A stretch of 64,000 nucleotides of DNA from a virus (Duplodnaviria; Caudoviricetes), in IMG/VR virus record IMGVR_UViG_3300016654_000214, positions 2,018-66,017 of that record; one strand, given 5' to 3'. A program made the translations under genes and the position numbers. Numbering within the stretch: the stretch's first letter is position 1; every line of letters begins with the position of its first letter. The notes beneath the pieces were generated by a model that was not told the origin of the DNA, did no database searches, and saw only the letters and a list, made by a program, of their open reading frames with translations. Shown piece after piece: positions 17,137 to 25,822 of this stretch.

Positions 17137-17886
17137 TCACAGTCCAAAGAATTGGTTAGTGGCATAGCGTTGACCTTGTAGATATGGTTCGTCGTTTGTA
17201 AATTGAGCAAGGAAATTTTTAGGTGTTAAAGCTTGCTGAAGAACACCGCCAATCAAGCCTTCTTTCATTTGCTGCATCAAAGATTTAGGTTTTTCTTTTT
17301 CGCCAATTACGTTGATAAGAGCATCAATTAACTTGCCCTGCTGAGTTTGATTCTCAATCTGGTTTTGAACGTAAGCTTGAGCCCATGCTTCTGGCGTCGC
17401 ACCAGTGGTTTCTGCAGTGGCTTCGTTGCGACGTGTAGTGGCTGCTTGGGGTAACTCACTCAGATGAAATGTTTGCAGCTCATAGGGGCCTGTACGCAAA
17501 GCAGAAACATTACCCGCAGCACCCATGCCGGTATGAGTTGAAACAGCGCCTTGACCCAGGAAACGCAACGCGGTGCCTTCAGGAAACCCATAATCTTCTC
17601 CTTTGTGATCCGTGGAGGCGCCAGGAGATGGGGCCGTACGTGCACCCATTGGGCTGGTGATTGTTGCAGCAGGATTTAAACGAAAACCCTGGGCTTCAGA
17701 GCTATAAAGTTGCTGCCAATTTTCTTGGCCCGGCAAACGAAATTGAATGAACTGACCAATATCTTTACGTGCTTTAGAAAGAGGGAAACGCTTCCCATCT
17801 CTCATGACTTCCCAATGAGCGTGGGGACCAGTGGAAGTACCTCCAGTGGCGCCAACTTTTCCTAGGAATAGGGCTGGACCTGCCAT
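17137..17886 (-). CDS. M23/LytM peptidase, circularly permuted, with C-terminal helical tail
   Basis: GKVGATGGTSTGPHAHWEV (HxH) at residues 9-27 precedes ITSPMGAR...HKGED (HxxxD, 94-98) and TFHLS (141). Confidence 0.75.
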   Translation of the reverse strand: MAGPALFLGKVGATGGTSTGPHAHWEVMRDGKRFPLSKARKDIGQFIQFRLPGQENWQQLYSSEAQGFRLNPAATITSPMGARTAPSPGASTDHKGEDYGFPEGTALRFLGQGAVSTHTGMGAAGNVSALRTGPYELQTFHLSELPQAATTRRNEATAETTGATPEAWAQAYVQNQIENQTQQGKLIDALINVIGEKEKPKSLMQQMKEGLIGGVLQQALTPKNFLAQFTNDEPYLQGQRYATNQFFGL

Positions 17887-17914
17887 ATCTCTTTTTATTT
17901 TTAATTTTAAGACT

Positions 17915-17938
17915 AAAAAACCCCTGGTTTTCCAGGGG
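17915..17938 (-). terminator. Rho-independent terminator after the capsid transcription unit
   Basis: CCCCTGG-AAAA-CCAGGGG-TTTTTT on the minus strand. Confidence 0.85.
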
Positions 17939-17961
17939 TAGTAGAGGTATTACAAGGAGTA

Positions 17962-18390
17962 TTAGACGCGAATTAAATCAGCTGCCAGGACGGCATCCCA
18001 GTCAACACGCTTAATCTGCCTGAGCTGCTCTAAGTTGTTGAACTTCTCACCCGATAAGGACATCTGAAGGTCTTTAATTTCTCGGGCAGTTTTTAAACCA
18101 ATTCCCTTGATATGATCAGCGATCATTTGAGGGGTGGCGGAGTTGATGTTCAACCGCGTTTCCGGAGGAAAAGAACGGGGTTCTTCCTGCGCAGCCTTAT
18201 CTTTAATCTGAAGAGTTTTTACTTTTTTTGTTGCCGCCTCATCTGGAGTGAGTTCAGTCTTGTAAGCGGTGTAAAGGCGACCGTCCTGGTCTTCGACCAT
18301 GAACCAATCGCCGTTATCCCATTCACTGACAATCTTTACGCGTGCACCTGTTTTTTTGTGCTGGTAAAGCATTTCGGCAACAGTAGACAT
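17962..18390 (-). CDS. Helix-hairpin-helix (ComEA-like) DNA-binding protein
   Basis: RLNINSATPQMIADHIKGIGLKTAREI...FNNLEQLRQIKRV. Confidence 0.75.
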   Translation of the reverse strand: MSTVAEMLYQHKKTGARVKIVSEWDNGDWFMVEDQDGRLYTAYKTELTPDEAATKKVKTLQIKDKAAQEEPRSFPPETRLNINSATPQMIADHIKGIGLKTAREIKDLQMSLSGEKFNNLEQLRQIKRVDWDAVLAADLIRV

Positions 18391-18414
18391 AGGACCAGAG
18401 TATTTCTGGTCCTA
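18390..18414 (-). promoter_or_regulatory. Perfect 10-bp hairpin ending on the A of the HhH gene start codon
   Basis: Minus strand TAGGACCAGA-AATAC-TCTGGTCCTA(TG). Confidence 0.65.
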
Positions 18415-18425
18415 GTTTAACTCAA

Positions 18426-19220
18426 TCAGCTAACAGTGCGGCCCAGCAGGTAGCCGTCGATGTCCTCGTAGCCAGGAGCTTCATCCGGCTGGATGTAGCA
18501 CACTTCAACCACGAAGTAACCGCTGCGGCCAGCGTTAGCGTCATCGCTGGAGATGTACCAACCGCCAGAGGTGCTGGTGCCAGTGGTGGTACCACGGGCG
18601 AACACCTTGAGGGTGGTGGAGCTGGTCAGCTGCTTGTAGATGGTGGAAGCACCCACGGTACCGGTGCTGGTCAGCAGGGGGTTAGCGCTGTAAGCGGCAG
18701 AACCAGCGGCGAAGAACACTTCGCCCACCTGCGAACCAGAGGTGGTGGAGGTCAGGTTGGCCTGAGCCACAGCCTCGCCGTCGCCAGAGGCAGACACGGG
18801 GCCGCTGCTATCACGGCAGAAGGAGATCACGTTGCCGGTGGCAGCGTAGATACCAGAAGCCACGCGGCCATCGCCCCAACCGGAAGCCACGGAAATGGTG
18901 GCGCGGTAGACGTAAGCAGGCAGGGTGGTGTTGCCCGAGATCACCATGCCGGTGATGTCAGGACGGGTGTCATCCTGACGGTAGGGCGAAGGAACAATCA
19001 CACTACCGGTGGCAGTAGCGCCAGCACCGGAAGCGGTGGTGACAGCCACATAACCACGCTGTTGGAAATAGCGGTAGCCGGGAACGGCCAGCACCGAAGT
19101 GGGGCCGCCTTTCGAGGCATTGTTAGTGCCGTCGTCGTTGGTATCAATGTTCTTGTACCAACCGTTCAGGGGCTCTGCCCAGTTGCCTGGGTAGATTTTC
19201 TTAGCGGACAAATAGGTCAT
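18426..19220 (-). CDS. Putative capsid decoration/minor capsid protein
   Basis: Directly downstream of the MCP, same C-ending codon bias, Ser/Thr/Gly/Ala-rich beta protein. Confidence 0.55.
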   Translation of the reverse strand: MTYLSAKKIYPGNWAEPLNGWYKNIDTNDDGTNNASKGGPTSVLAVPGYRYFQQRGYVAVTTASGAGATATGSVIVPSPYRQDDTRPDITGMVISGNTTLPAYVYRATISVASGWGDGRVASGIYAATGNVISFCRDSSGPVSASGDGEAVAQANLTSTTSGSQVGEVFFAAGSAAYSANPLLTSTGTVGASTIYKQLTSSTTLKVFARGTTTGTSTSGGWYISSDDANAGRSGYFVVEVCYIQPDEAPGYEDIDGYLLGRTVS

Positions 19221-19254
19221 TTATCTTTCCCTATGTTTGTATTTTGCCTAATTA

Positions 19255-20418
19255 TCAGATAGTGCCGTCGTCTTGAACGAAGCTGTAAGCGGTGGTCACG
19301 AAGTCCTTGTTCAGGATCTCGAAGCCAGCGTACAGTTGCCAAATCAGGATGATGAAACGGCTGAAGTCGTCGTTGTTGTTGATCAGCACCTGAGCGTTCG
19401 GGCCACCGATACCAACGCCAACCGACTGAGGACCGAAGAAGTAACCTTGAGCAACTTCCTTAGCGGCGTAGGTCGAACCTGCGTCGAAGGAAGCGTTCAC
19501 GGTCTTGGTCGGGAAGTTGGTCGACTCGAAGAACTTCACGCCTTCAAACTGGACGCCAGTAGGCATCACGGGCTCACCAGCCAGGAAGTAGCCCTGACCA
19601 GCCTGGGGGCCCATGTAGAAGCTGGCGTTGTTAGGCATCATGGGGTTACCCATGTACATGCCTTGGCCAGGATTACCGGCGTAACGAGCGATCTCACGGA
19701 AGTCAGGATCACGACGCAGGTGCATCATGAAGGTGGGATCGCAAATGCAACGATACAGACCATCAGAGAAGGTCGGAACGTTGCGCTTACGCAGGTCCTT
19801 AACAATGGTCAGCAGGTCAGTGCGGACCGAGAACTGCTGCAGATCAGCGGTGTACTCAGCGGCGGTATAGGTGATTTGACCAGAAGCGTTCTTGGTCTTG
19901 GCACCTGGGAAGTAGTAACCGCCTTGGGTGGTGGAGGCAGCACCGTTGGCTTCAGCTTTGGCGAGTTCGTCAATGAACACGCGGTCGCGCCAGCGGCGAT
20001 AGTCATCGAGCAGCGTCAGGCTACCGATGGACTGGTGGAACATATTGAGGTTCCCGGTGTCCAGCAGCAGACGCTGAGCAGTGATCAGAGTCTCGCGAGC
20101 AATCTTGAAGGTGCTGGGCTGGGTCGGATCACCCGGATCGGCAGGACCGGTGTACTCTTTGAGCACCACCAGAACCTTTTCCTTCGTGATGTTCCGGCTG
20201 TTGGCCGTACCGATGGTCTGGTCGGACACGCGCTCACGGCTGTCCTTGGTACCAGGGGTACCCCAGAACTTATAGCGGTCGAGCTGAACAGTTTGACCAG
20301 GCTGACGGGTGAAGTCGTGAACAACCACGGGCTCCACTGCCATCTCGGCAATGTAGGCAGGGTGCGGACGATAAAGTTCCGCACCTAAGATTTTTGGAAA
20401 ATCGTTATCAATGAACAC
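19255..20418 (-). CDS. Major capsid protein (HK97 fold, N4-gp56-like)
   Basis: 387 aa; GGAGG SD 9 nt before GTG; strong codon bias; HDFTRQPGQTVQLDRY, GVKFFESTN, GYFFGPQSVGVG, FIILIWQLYAGFEILN segments; portal-scaffold-capsid order. Confidence 0.8.
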   Translation of the reverse strand: MFIDNDFPKILGAELYRPHPAYIAEMAVEPVVVHDFTRQPGQTVQLDRYKFWGTPGTKDSRERVSDQTIGTANSRNITKEKVLVVLKEYTGPADPGDPTQPSTFKIARETLITAQRLLLDTGNLNMFHQSIGSLTLLDDYRRWRDRVFIDELAKAEANGAASTTQGGYYFPGAKTKNASGQITYTAAEYTADLQQFSVRTDLLTIVKDLRKRNVPTFSDGLYRCICDPTFMMHLRRDPDFREIARYAGNPGQGMYMGNPMMPNNASFYMGPQAGQGYFLAGEPVMPTGVQFEGVKFFESTNFPTKTVNASFDAGSTYAAKEVAQGYFFGPQSVGVGIGGPNAQVLINNNDDFSRFIILIWQLYAGFEILNKDFVTTAYSFVQDDGTI

Positions 20419-20506
20419 TTTTAGTTATCCTCCAGAATCTCAGGAAGGTAGTTTATCGGGTGAAAGATTCAGACATTGTTATGTCTTATCTAACACAAAT
20501 TTTAGC

Positions 20507-20533
20507 AGTCGGTAATTTATTTAATTACCGACT
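20507..20533. promoter_or_regulatory. 11-bp perfect inverted repeat between the scaffold and capsid genes
   Basis: AGTCGGTAATT-TATTT-AATTACCGACT, followed on the minus strand by GCTAAAATT (-10-like). Confidence 0.55.
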
Positions 20534-20538
20534 AACTA

Positions 20539-21501
20539 TCACTCCATCACAAACAATTTGTTTGCGACAACTTGAGGCTGAGCCTGATTCAGAACGCGCC
20601 AGGCATTCTGGGGATCACGAGCCATCATTTCGTTGAAATCGCCCCAGAAGTTGCCGGGCTGTTGAGGAGCAGCAGCAGCTGGAGGAGCAGGCATCATGCC
20701 CAGTTCAGGTTGTTGAACTTGTTGGGTCGGGTAGCCAGGAGTTTCCAATTGGGCCTCACTTTCGTAAACAGGGTATGGCCCTTCGGGACCAAAGAACTTC
20801 AGCGTGTAATCGCTAAGAACATCAGGATTGGTCAGAATTTCGTTGTAAGCGAGATTCTCTTGATGCTCGTTAACAGCGAACTCAGCGTAGTTCTGAATGG
20901 TCTCACTTGCGCGATTTCCCCACGCGACGGCGCTGTCCAGCATTGTTTCCAGCTGGAGCGCGTAGTTGTTCAGGATTGCTGGCGCTTCGATCCCGAACGC
21001 GTCCATCACTTGGCGGGACTCCTGACTCATTCCCACGTAATCCGCGATTGCCTCCAAGGATGGAGTCGAGGAGATTGGGGAAGAGCTGGGCGAGGATGCC
21101 TGGCTGGGATATGAGGTCGGCGGAGCCGATTGTGGCGTAGCTTGGGGGCTGGTCAACCCGTAATTGGCCGGGGTATAACTCGTCGGTGCCGACTGTTGAC
21201 CCTGGAACGGGGATTGAACTGGTGCGCTCAGAAGGTTCACCACCTTGTTGAACGCCGATTCCCACGGATTCGAGGTCGATTCCGCCGCCGGGGCCGATTG
21301 GAATTGGGGGGCGTATTGAGACGGGGCGGATTGGTAGCTGGGGCTCGCCTGGGGCACTGCTTGGGGGTAGCTGGTACCCACCTGATACGCCACTGGAGCC
21401 GAGGGTGCCTGCGGTGCTGCCACCACGTAGCTGCTCGGAGCTACCGCTGCGGGCGACGGTTGGCTCGTCTGTGGGATCGATTGGACGGTAGCGTCCTGCA
21501 T
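20539..21501 (-). CDS. Putative scaffolding protein
   Basis: AAGGAG SD 7 nt before ATG; Pro/Gln/Ser/Ala-rich N-half and helical C-half; lies between portal and MCP. Confidence 0.65.
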   Translation of the reverse strand: MQDATVQSIPQTSQPSPAAVAPSSYVVAAPQAPSAPVAYQVGTSYPQAVPQASPSYQSAPSQYAPQFQSAPAAESTSNPWESAFNKVVNLLSAPVQSPFQGQQSAPTSYTPANYGLTSPQATPQSAPPTSYPSQASSPSSSPISSTPSLEAIADYVGMSQESRQVMDAFGIEAPAILNNYALQLETMLDSAVAWGNRASETIQNYAEFAVNEHQENLAYNEILTNPDVLSDYTLKFFGPEGPYPVYESEAQLETPGYPTQQVQQPELGMMPAPPAAAAPQQPGNFWGDFNEMMARDPQNAWRVLNQAQPQVVANKLFVME

Positions 21502-23251
21502 AACTCATCTCCTTTTGTAAGGCCTCTAATGTTCGATACAGATATGGAGTTAGATCCAGTCTGGGATCCGCAGCCATCGGTAGATCCGGTGATTGCGGGT
21601 GAGGGGTCTGCATCATGCCCCCCACTAAGCGAGCGAACTGAGAGTATGCACTCTGTAATTCGTTCACCATCCTGAACGGGAACCCAGATAACATCTCGGC
21701 CCGTTCCTCATCCGTTTTTGACGGGAAGAGGTATTTCAGTGCTTCAATGCTATCAACACCTAATTCTTGCAAATTTCGGACAACAATGGAGTTGTTCAGA
21801 ATATCTTGCGTCGAATCTTCGTAGACAGGGCCTAACCATCTCCAAAGAATCGTGACATCACCGTCTGGAATCAGGCCGGTGACGCCAGGAGGAATTTGTT
21901 GTGTTTGAACAGAAGCCATCATTAATTGCTTGATCTGTTCATTGAAACCATCTAAAGCGGCTTCATATAAATCCAGCTCATCTTGACTGGCTCCATCTGC
22001 TGGCTCCACAGGTTTTTCGATGCCTGCTGCTGCTGCCAACGATTCACGGAAAAGTTTTTCTTCTTGGAAAATGATCAGTTCTAAACAACGGCAAATGCCG
22101 TGGGTGTAAATAGCATTTGCTTTTTTCTTAGATGTTGCAGCAACGCGGCCAAACAGAGATTTGTACTCTGTTGCCGTCACACCAGCAGAAATTGAAAGTT
22201 CATCAACGCCACCCAATGCAGTACGAATTTCTTCCCTGTACTGACGAGCAAATGCGTTTTGGTCACCAGTGATGGCATCTGGGACAATGTAACCAACACG
22301 GTCGTTTGGTTCCAGGTTTGCAATAACGCGTGGAACCCGGATTTGTCCGTCAACACCTCGGGTAATTGGATCTTGTTTGAAGGTCGAGCGGCTGTATGCA
22401 CTCAAACTTCCAAAGCCAGAGTTTGCTGCAATTGAAGGACGCTGAACGGCACCATCCGTACCAGACTCCATCAGGTCAGTCTTGGGACGTGACGACAGAA
22501 GGGTTGGGTTACCAAAGAACTGAACGTTCTTCCGCATGGTGCGAACCAACTCATCGTGTGTGACAATATGGTTGGCTAAAGCGTCGAATTCACCGACGCC
22601 TTCCATAGCAAAACCCTTGGGGTTGTTAAAGATCTCAACGCAAGGGATAAACCCAAGGGAGTTTTTAAATGTTTTAGTTTTACCAGGTGTAGCAAAGGAA
22701 GGCATTTCAAAAGACATCTCGCCTTCTGAATGCGTTTCTTCAATTTGTTTTGCTTTAATCGAAAGTTTGATATAACGTTTAGCACCCTGGTCAGCCGTGG
22801 TCACATTGCCAGTGACATTGGTAACGTTAATATTGTCACCAAAACCAAAGCCACGGCGAACCTTATAGCTATAAATGATGATGACTTCTTCCAGCTCACC
22901 GTCTACATTGTAAAAACTACGGTATTCGTGTTCGCGGAAGTAGTAAAGCCGATAATTCTGCTTGGTAGGGCGGATGTAAAACATCCCTTTACCATCGCAC
23001 AAAAAATAATCCCAAATAGAATCCAGCCGCATGTCCAGCTGGTTGTACTTAATTACGCGATCAATAAAATCCTTACGTTGATTACCGAAGTTGTCTTGGC
23101 TAGGAAAAAATTCAACGCCCTGGCGAACGCCAAATAACTTCATTTGGGCCAGGTGAGAGGCAACCACGCTGGTATCAACAACTGCATTCCCATCTTTTTC
23201 GATGTATGCGTTGATGATTTCTTGCAGTCTGGCGTTAGCGCTAGTTGCCAT
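20903..23251 (-). CDS. Portal protein (SPP1 gp6-like) with ~200-aa C-terminal extension overlapping the scaffold gene
   Basis: LGFIPCVEIFNNP...GVGEFDAL...VQFFGNP portal-type segments; positioned between TerL and scaffold/MCP. Confidence 0.75.
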   Translation of the reverse strand: MATSANARLQEIINAYIEKDGNAVVDTSVVASHLAQMKLFGVRQGVEFFPSQDNFGNQRKDFIDRVIKYNQLDMRLDSIWDYFLCDGKGMFYIRPTKQNYRLYYFREHEYRSFYNVDGELEEVIIIYSYKVRRGFGFGDNINVTNVTGNVTTADQGAKRYIKLSIKAKQIEETHSEGEMSFEMPSFATPGKTKTFKNSLGFIPCVEIFNNPKGFAMEGVGEFDALANHIVTHDELVRTMRKNVQFFGNPTLLSSRPKTDLMESGTDGAVQRPSIAANSGFGSLSAYSRSTFKQDPITRGVDGQIRVPRVIANLEPNDRVGYIVPDAITGDQNAFARQYREEIRTALGGVDELSISAGVTATEYKSLFGRVAATSKKKANAIYTHGICRCLELIIFQEEKLFRESLAAAAGIEKPVEPADGASQDELDLYEAALDGFNEQIKQLMMASVQTQQIPPGVTGLIPDGDVTILWRWLGPVYEDSTQDILNNSIVVRNLQELGVDSIEALKYLFPSKTDEERAEMLSGFPFRMVNELQSAYSQFARLVGGMMQTPHPQSPDLPMAADPRLDLTPYLYRTLEALQKEMSYAGRYRPIDPTDEPTVARSGSSEQLRGGSTAGTLGSSGVSGGYQLPPSSAPGEPQLPIRPVSIRPPIPIGPGGGIDLESVGIGVQQGGEPSERTSSIPVPGSTVGTDELYPGQLRVDQPPSYATIGSADLISQPGILAQLFPNLLDSILGGNRGLRGNESGVPPSDGRVRDRSASNPEQLRAPAGNNAGQRRRVGKSRK

Positions 23252-23399
23252 TCACTTGTTGCCCCTTTTCTTTTTTGATCTTAGCAGTTTTCTTATCTTC
23301 CTTTTTCCGACGAAGCCAGTAATCAAAAAAAGTCAACTCAGCTGGAGTGTATAACTCTGGATGTTTGAGTGCTCTTTTGATTAGCTTCTTTGTTTTCAC
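23241..23399 (-). CDS. Small basic protein (52 aa)
   Basis: Manual translation from GTG (GTGA overlap): MKTKKLIKRALKHPELYTPAELTFFDYWLRRKKEDKK...; fills an otherwise empty gap. Confidence 0.65.
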   Translation of the reverse strand: MKTKKLIKRALKHPELYTPAELTFFDYWLRRKKEDKKTAKIKKEKGQQVNGN

Positions 23400-23734
23400 A
23401 TCACACCCCCAAAATACAAACCTGCTTGTCCAAGTTGAGGGCCTTTGTAAAACTGAGAGTTTGCTAGGCCAGCCATGTTTCCAATGGCATTGGGAAGATT
23501 GCTGCTACCCATGGCCATCGGTAAGCCTGGTGGAATGTTGCCAGGCATTGGCCTAGGTCCAGTAGGACCGTACACGCCTTCAATAGCTTTTGGGTCTTCG
23601 CCAGGGAAGAGCGGGCGTCCCGTTGGCTGCTTATTAGGAATTACAAAACCTGGGCCAAATGGATTGCCAGCAAGAAACTGACCGGCATTACCGGGCATTC
23701 CTGGAACACCGTATCCCCCGTCAGTCCTAACCAT
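23396..23734 (-). CDS. Gly/Pro-rich hypothetical protein
   Basis: 112-aa ORF in the structural operon. Confidence 0.6.
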   Translation of the reverse strand: MVRTDGGYGVPGMPGNAGQFLAGNPFGPGFVIPNKQPTGRPLFPGEDPKAIEGVYGPTGPRPMPGNIPPGLPMAMGSSNLPNAIGNMAGLANSQFYKGPQLGQAGLYFGGVM

Positions 23735-23760
23735 GTAATTCGTATCTCGATTTTTCTATT

Positions 23761-23946
23761 TTACTCGTCTTCTTCCAGTTCATACAAAGATGGATCGGCA
23801 ACCTTGGAGATGTGGATGCCATCACCCTGGATGTCCCAATTCAAGATATCACCTTCCCTCCAGCCCATCTCTTCCATCAATTCTTCGGGAAAAGTGAGAA
23901 ACTGCTCACCGTTCTCATCTTCTTCCACTTCAAGGATGTAGCTCAT
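23761..23946 (-). CDS. AbrB/MazE/SpoVT-like DNA-binding protein
   Basis: QFLTFPEELMEEMGWREGDILNWDI swapped-hairpin pattern. Confidence 0.65.
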   Translation of the reverse strand: MSYILEVEEDENGEQFLTFPEELMEEMGWREGDILNWDIQGDGIHISKVADPSLYELEEDE

Positions 23947-24236
23947 TTTGACAAAAGCTTTTCCATAAGCTTATCAAGCTTATTATTAATTTCGCGAAAA
24001 TTGCTTTGCATTTCTTGGATTTCTCTTAAGAAATCCACCTTTAAAACGTATTCCAAAGGCATGCGATTGATCTGATCTTCCAGCATGTCGATCCTGCGCT
24101 TCTGTGAGTTTGTGTAGTTAAACGATTGCTGGATGTCCTGATTCTGGCGGCTTAAAATCTTGTTGACCACCCAGGAGGTACCGCTTACGGCTGAAATAAG
24201 AGCAGTGGCCGCAAGCGCAAGATATTCGGGACCCAC
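23943..24236 (-). CDS. Membrane-anchored coiled-coil protein (holin/XhlA-like)
   Basis: N-terminal TM (YLALAATALISAVSGTSWVV) plus coiled coil with YVLKVDFLREI...NKLDKL. Confidence 0.5.
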   Translation of the reverse strand: MGPEYLALAATALISAVSGTSWVVNKILSRQNQDIQQSFNYTNSQKRRIDMLEDQINRMPLEYVLKVDFLREIQEMQSNFREINNKLDKLMEKLLSK

Positions 24237-24265
24237 AACGTTAAAGCTTTTTTCTAATTCTAATT

Positions 24266-25795
24266 TTAAAAATCAAGATGCAGTTGTCCTTTTCTGGCAA
24301 GACCGGTTACCAACCACACCAACGCATCGACACAGTCGTCATGGCTACTGACGCCGAAATTCGTGAGTTCATCGAAGAGATTTGTGAAGTTCCGATATCG
24401 ATTGAAAATAATTTTTCGGTCTTCGAACATGCCGATAATTCCCCTAAACCGTGCAAGTTTGTCAGCACGGAATCCTTTGACTGGATGCCAGATCAAGTTG
24501 TAGAGACCTTCGTTATTTAAACAAACTCGTTTGAAGTCAGCTTCCAGTGAGGCCTGGTACTGGACTGCTTCCGACCAAATATCGCAAGTGGAATAGGTTG
24601 GGAAATAATTACCGTTATCATCTTTCCCGACAATTGACCAATCATTCAGCAGCTCCTTCATGGCATCAAGCTTTTCAAGATTACCCATGACTCGAATGCG
24701 TCTGTAATCAATGATGTGGATGCGGTCGCCAATGCGCCCACCCAAAATCATGACGGTGTAATCATTTTTTTCTTTGACGCCAGCAGATAGATCCACTCCA
24801 ATCCCAAGAGTGTCAAATTCCGTGGCAATTTCAGCTTTGACAATCAGTTCTGGCGCAAGAGAAAGTTCGTTCTGACGAACGATTTGATTCATGTACTGGA
24901 ACGAAAAAGCAATTGGTGCTTGCCGTTTCTTTTCCTTCAAGTAATCCAAAGACCACATTTCTGGCCAATAGGATTCTTCGTCCCCGGTTACGGGATCAGT
25001 TTGAATTGCAGAAAGAACAATCTGCGTCCAGTTGTTTTGCTCATTAAAGGTGGTGGCATGAATGTCATCATGTCTGAATCGGGTACCAAGACAAATAGCC
25101 CTGGCGCCTTCGAACATGGTTGGTGCAATCACCGCATTCCAGTTGTCCTGCATCATCTTTCTGATGTCAGGGTTTGAAATATCAGCTGCTGACTTGATAG
25201 CGTCATCAATCATCACAAGATGAGAACGCTTGGAGGTCACCGAACCTTTAAGACCAGCGGCACAGAGTGTAAATTGTTCATCACCGGTCACGTCAATACC
25301 AGCAAATTTGTGGTCAATAGACCAGTACTCATTGCTGGTAACGTTTTTAAGAAGGCGAACTGTTGGGAAAACTTCTTGATATTTTTTGCTTTCAATAATT
25401 CGCTTGATGGTTGCGGACTTAGAGCGTGCAATATCAACGGTGTAGGAAAGATAAAGGATCTGTAACGGAAGCTTGGCTTGTGCATGGATACCAATTGCCC
25501 ATGCTGTAAGCAAACCAAGAACTGTACTTTTAGCTGAACCCCTTGGAGCAAGCAGGTCAATATTGGGACCAGCAATTTTGATCAGGCAATTACTATCCTC
25601 GCCTGTAATGAAATGCCGGTGCCAATCCAAGTGGTGTTTAGCTGGTTTTTTCTTTTCATCCATGTACTCGCAGAAGTAACTAAAGTCCTCCCGCGCACGT
25701 TCAATAGCTTCTAAATTTTTCTGTGGCTTAACGTTGTACTTCTGCGCAGCAGCCTTGGCATTACGACGGTACGCAAGATGAACGTATGAAGGCAC
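24266..25795 (-). CDS. terL: Terminase large subunit
   Basis: Walker A APRGSAKST, Walker B VMIDD, GTRF coupling motif, nuclease GVDLS and HDDCVDAL. Confidence 0.92.
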   Translation of the reverse strand: MPSYVHLAYRRNAKAAAQKYNVKPQKNLEAIERAREDFSYFCEYMDEKKKPAKHHLDWHRHFITGEDSNCLIKIAGPNIDLLAPRGSAKSTVLGLLTAWAIGIHAQAKLPLQILYLSYTVDIARSKSATIKRIIESKKYQEVFPTVRLLKNVTSNEYWSIDHKFAGIDVTGDEQFTLCAAGLKGSVTSKRSHLVMIDDAIKSAADISNPDIRKMMQDNWNAVIAPTMFEGARAICLGTRFRHDDIHATTFNEQNNWTQIVLSAIQTDPVTGDEESYWPEMWSLDYLKEKKRQAPIAFSFQYMNQIVRQNELSLAPELIVKAEIATEFDTLGIGVDLSAGVKEKNDYTVMILGGRIGDRIHIIDYRRIRVMGNLEKLDAMKELLNDWSIVGKDDNGNYFPTYSTCDIWSEAVQYQASLEADFKRVCLNNEGLYNLIWHPVKGFRADKLARFRGIIGMFEDRKIIFNRYRNFTNLFDELTNFGVSSHDDCVDALVWLVTGLARKGQLHLDF

Positions 25796-25822
25796 AGGAC
25801 TGGTTCAGAGTATTACTAAATA

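Noticed and set aside
19273-20388. 371-aa plus-strand ORF antisense to the major capsid gene
   Set aside because: Shadow ORF explained by the strong codon bias of the MCP; no motifs and no RBS.
23737-23746. Third copy of the GATACGAATTCGTATC palindrome
   Set aside because: Only 10 bp match (AATTCGTATC); compatible with chance.
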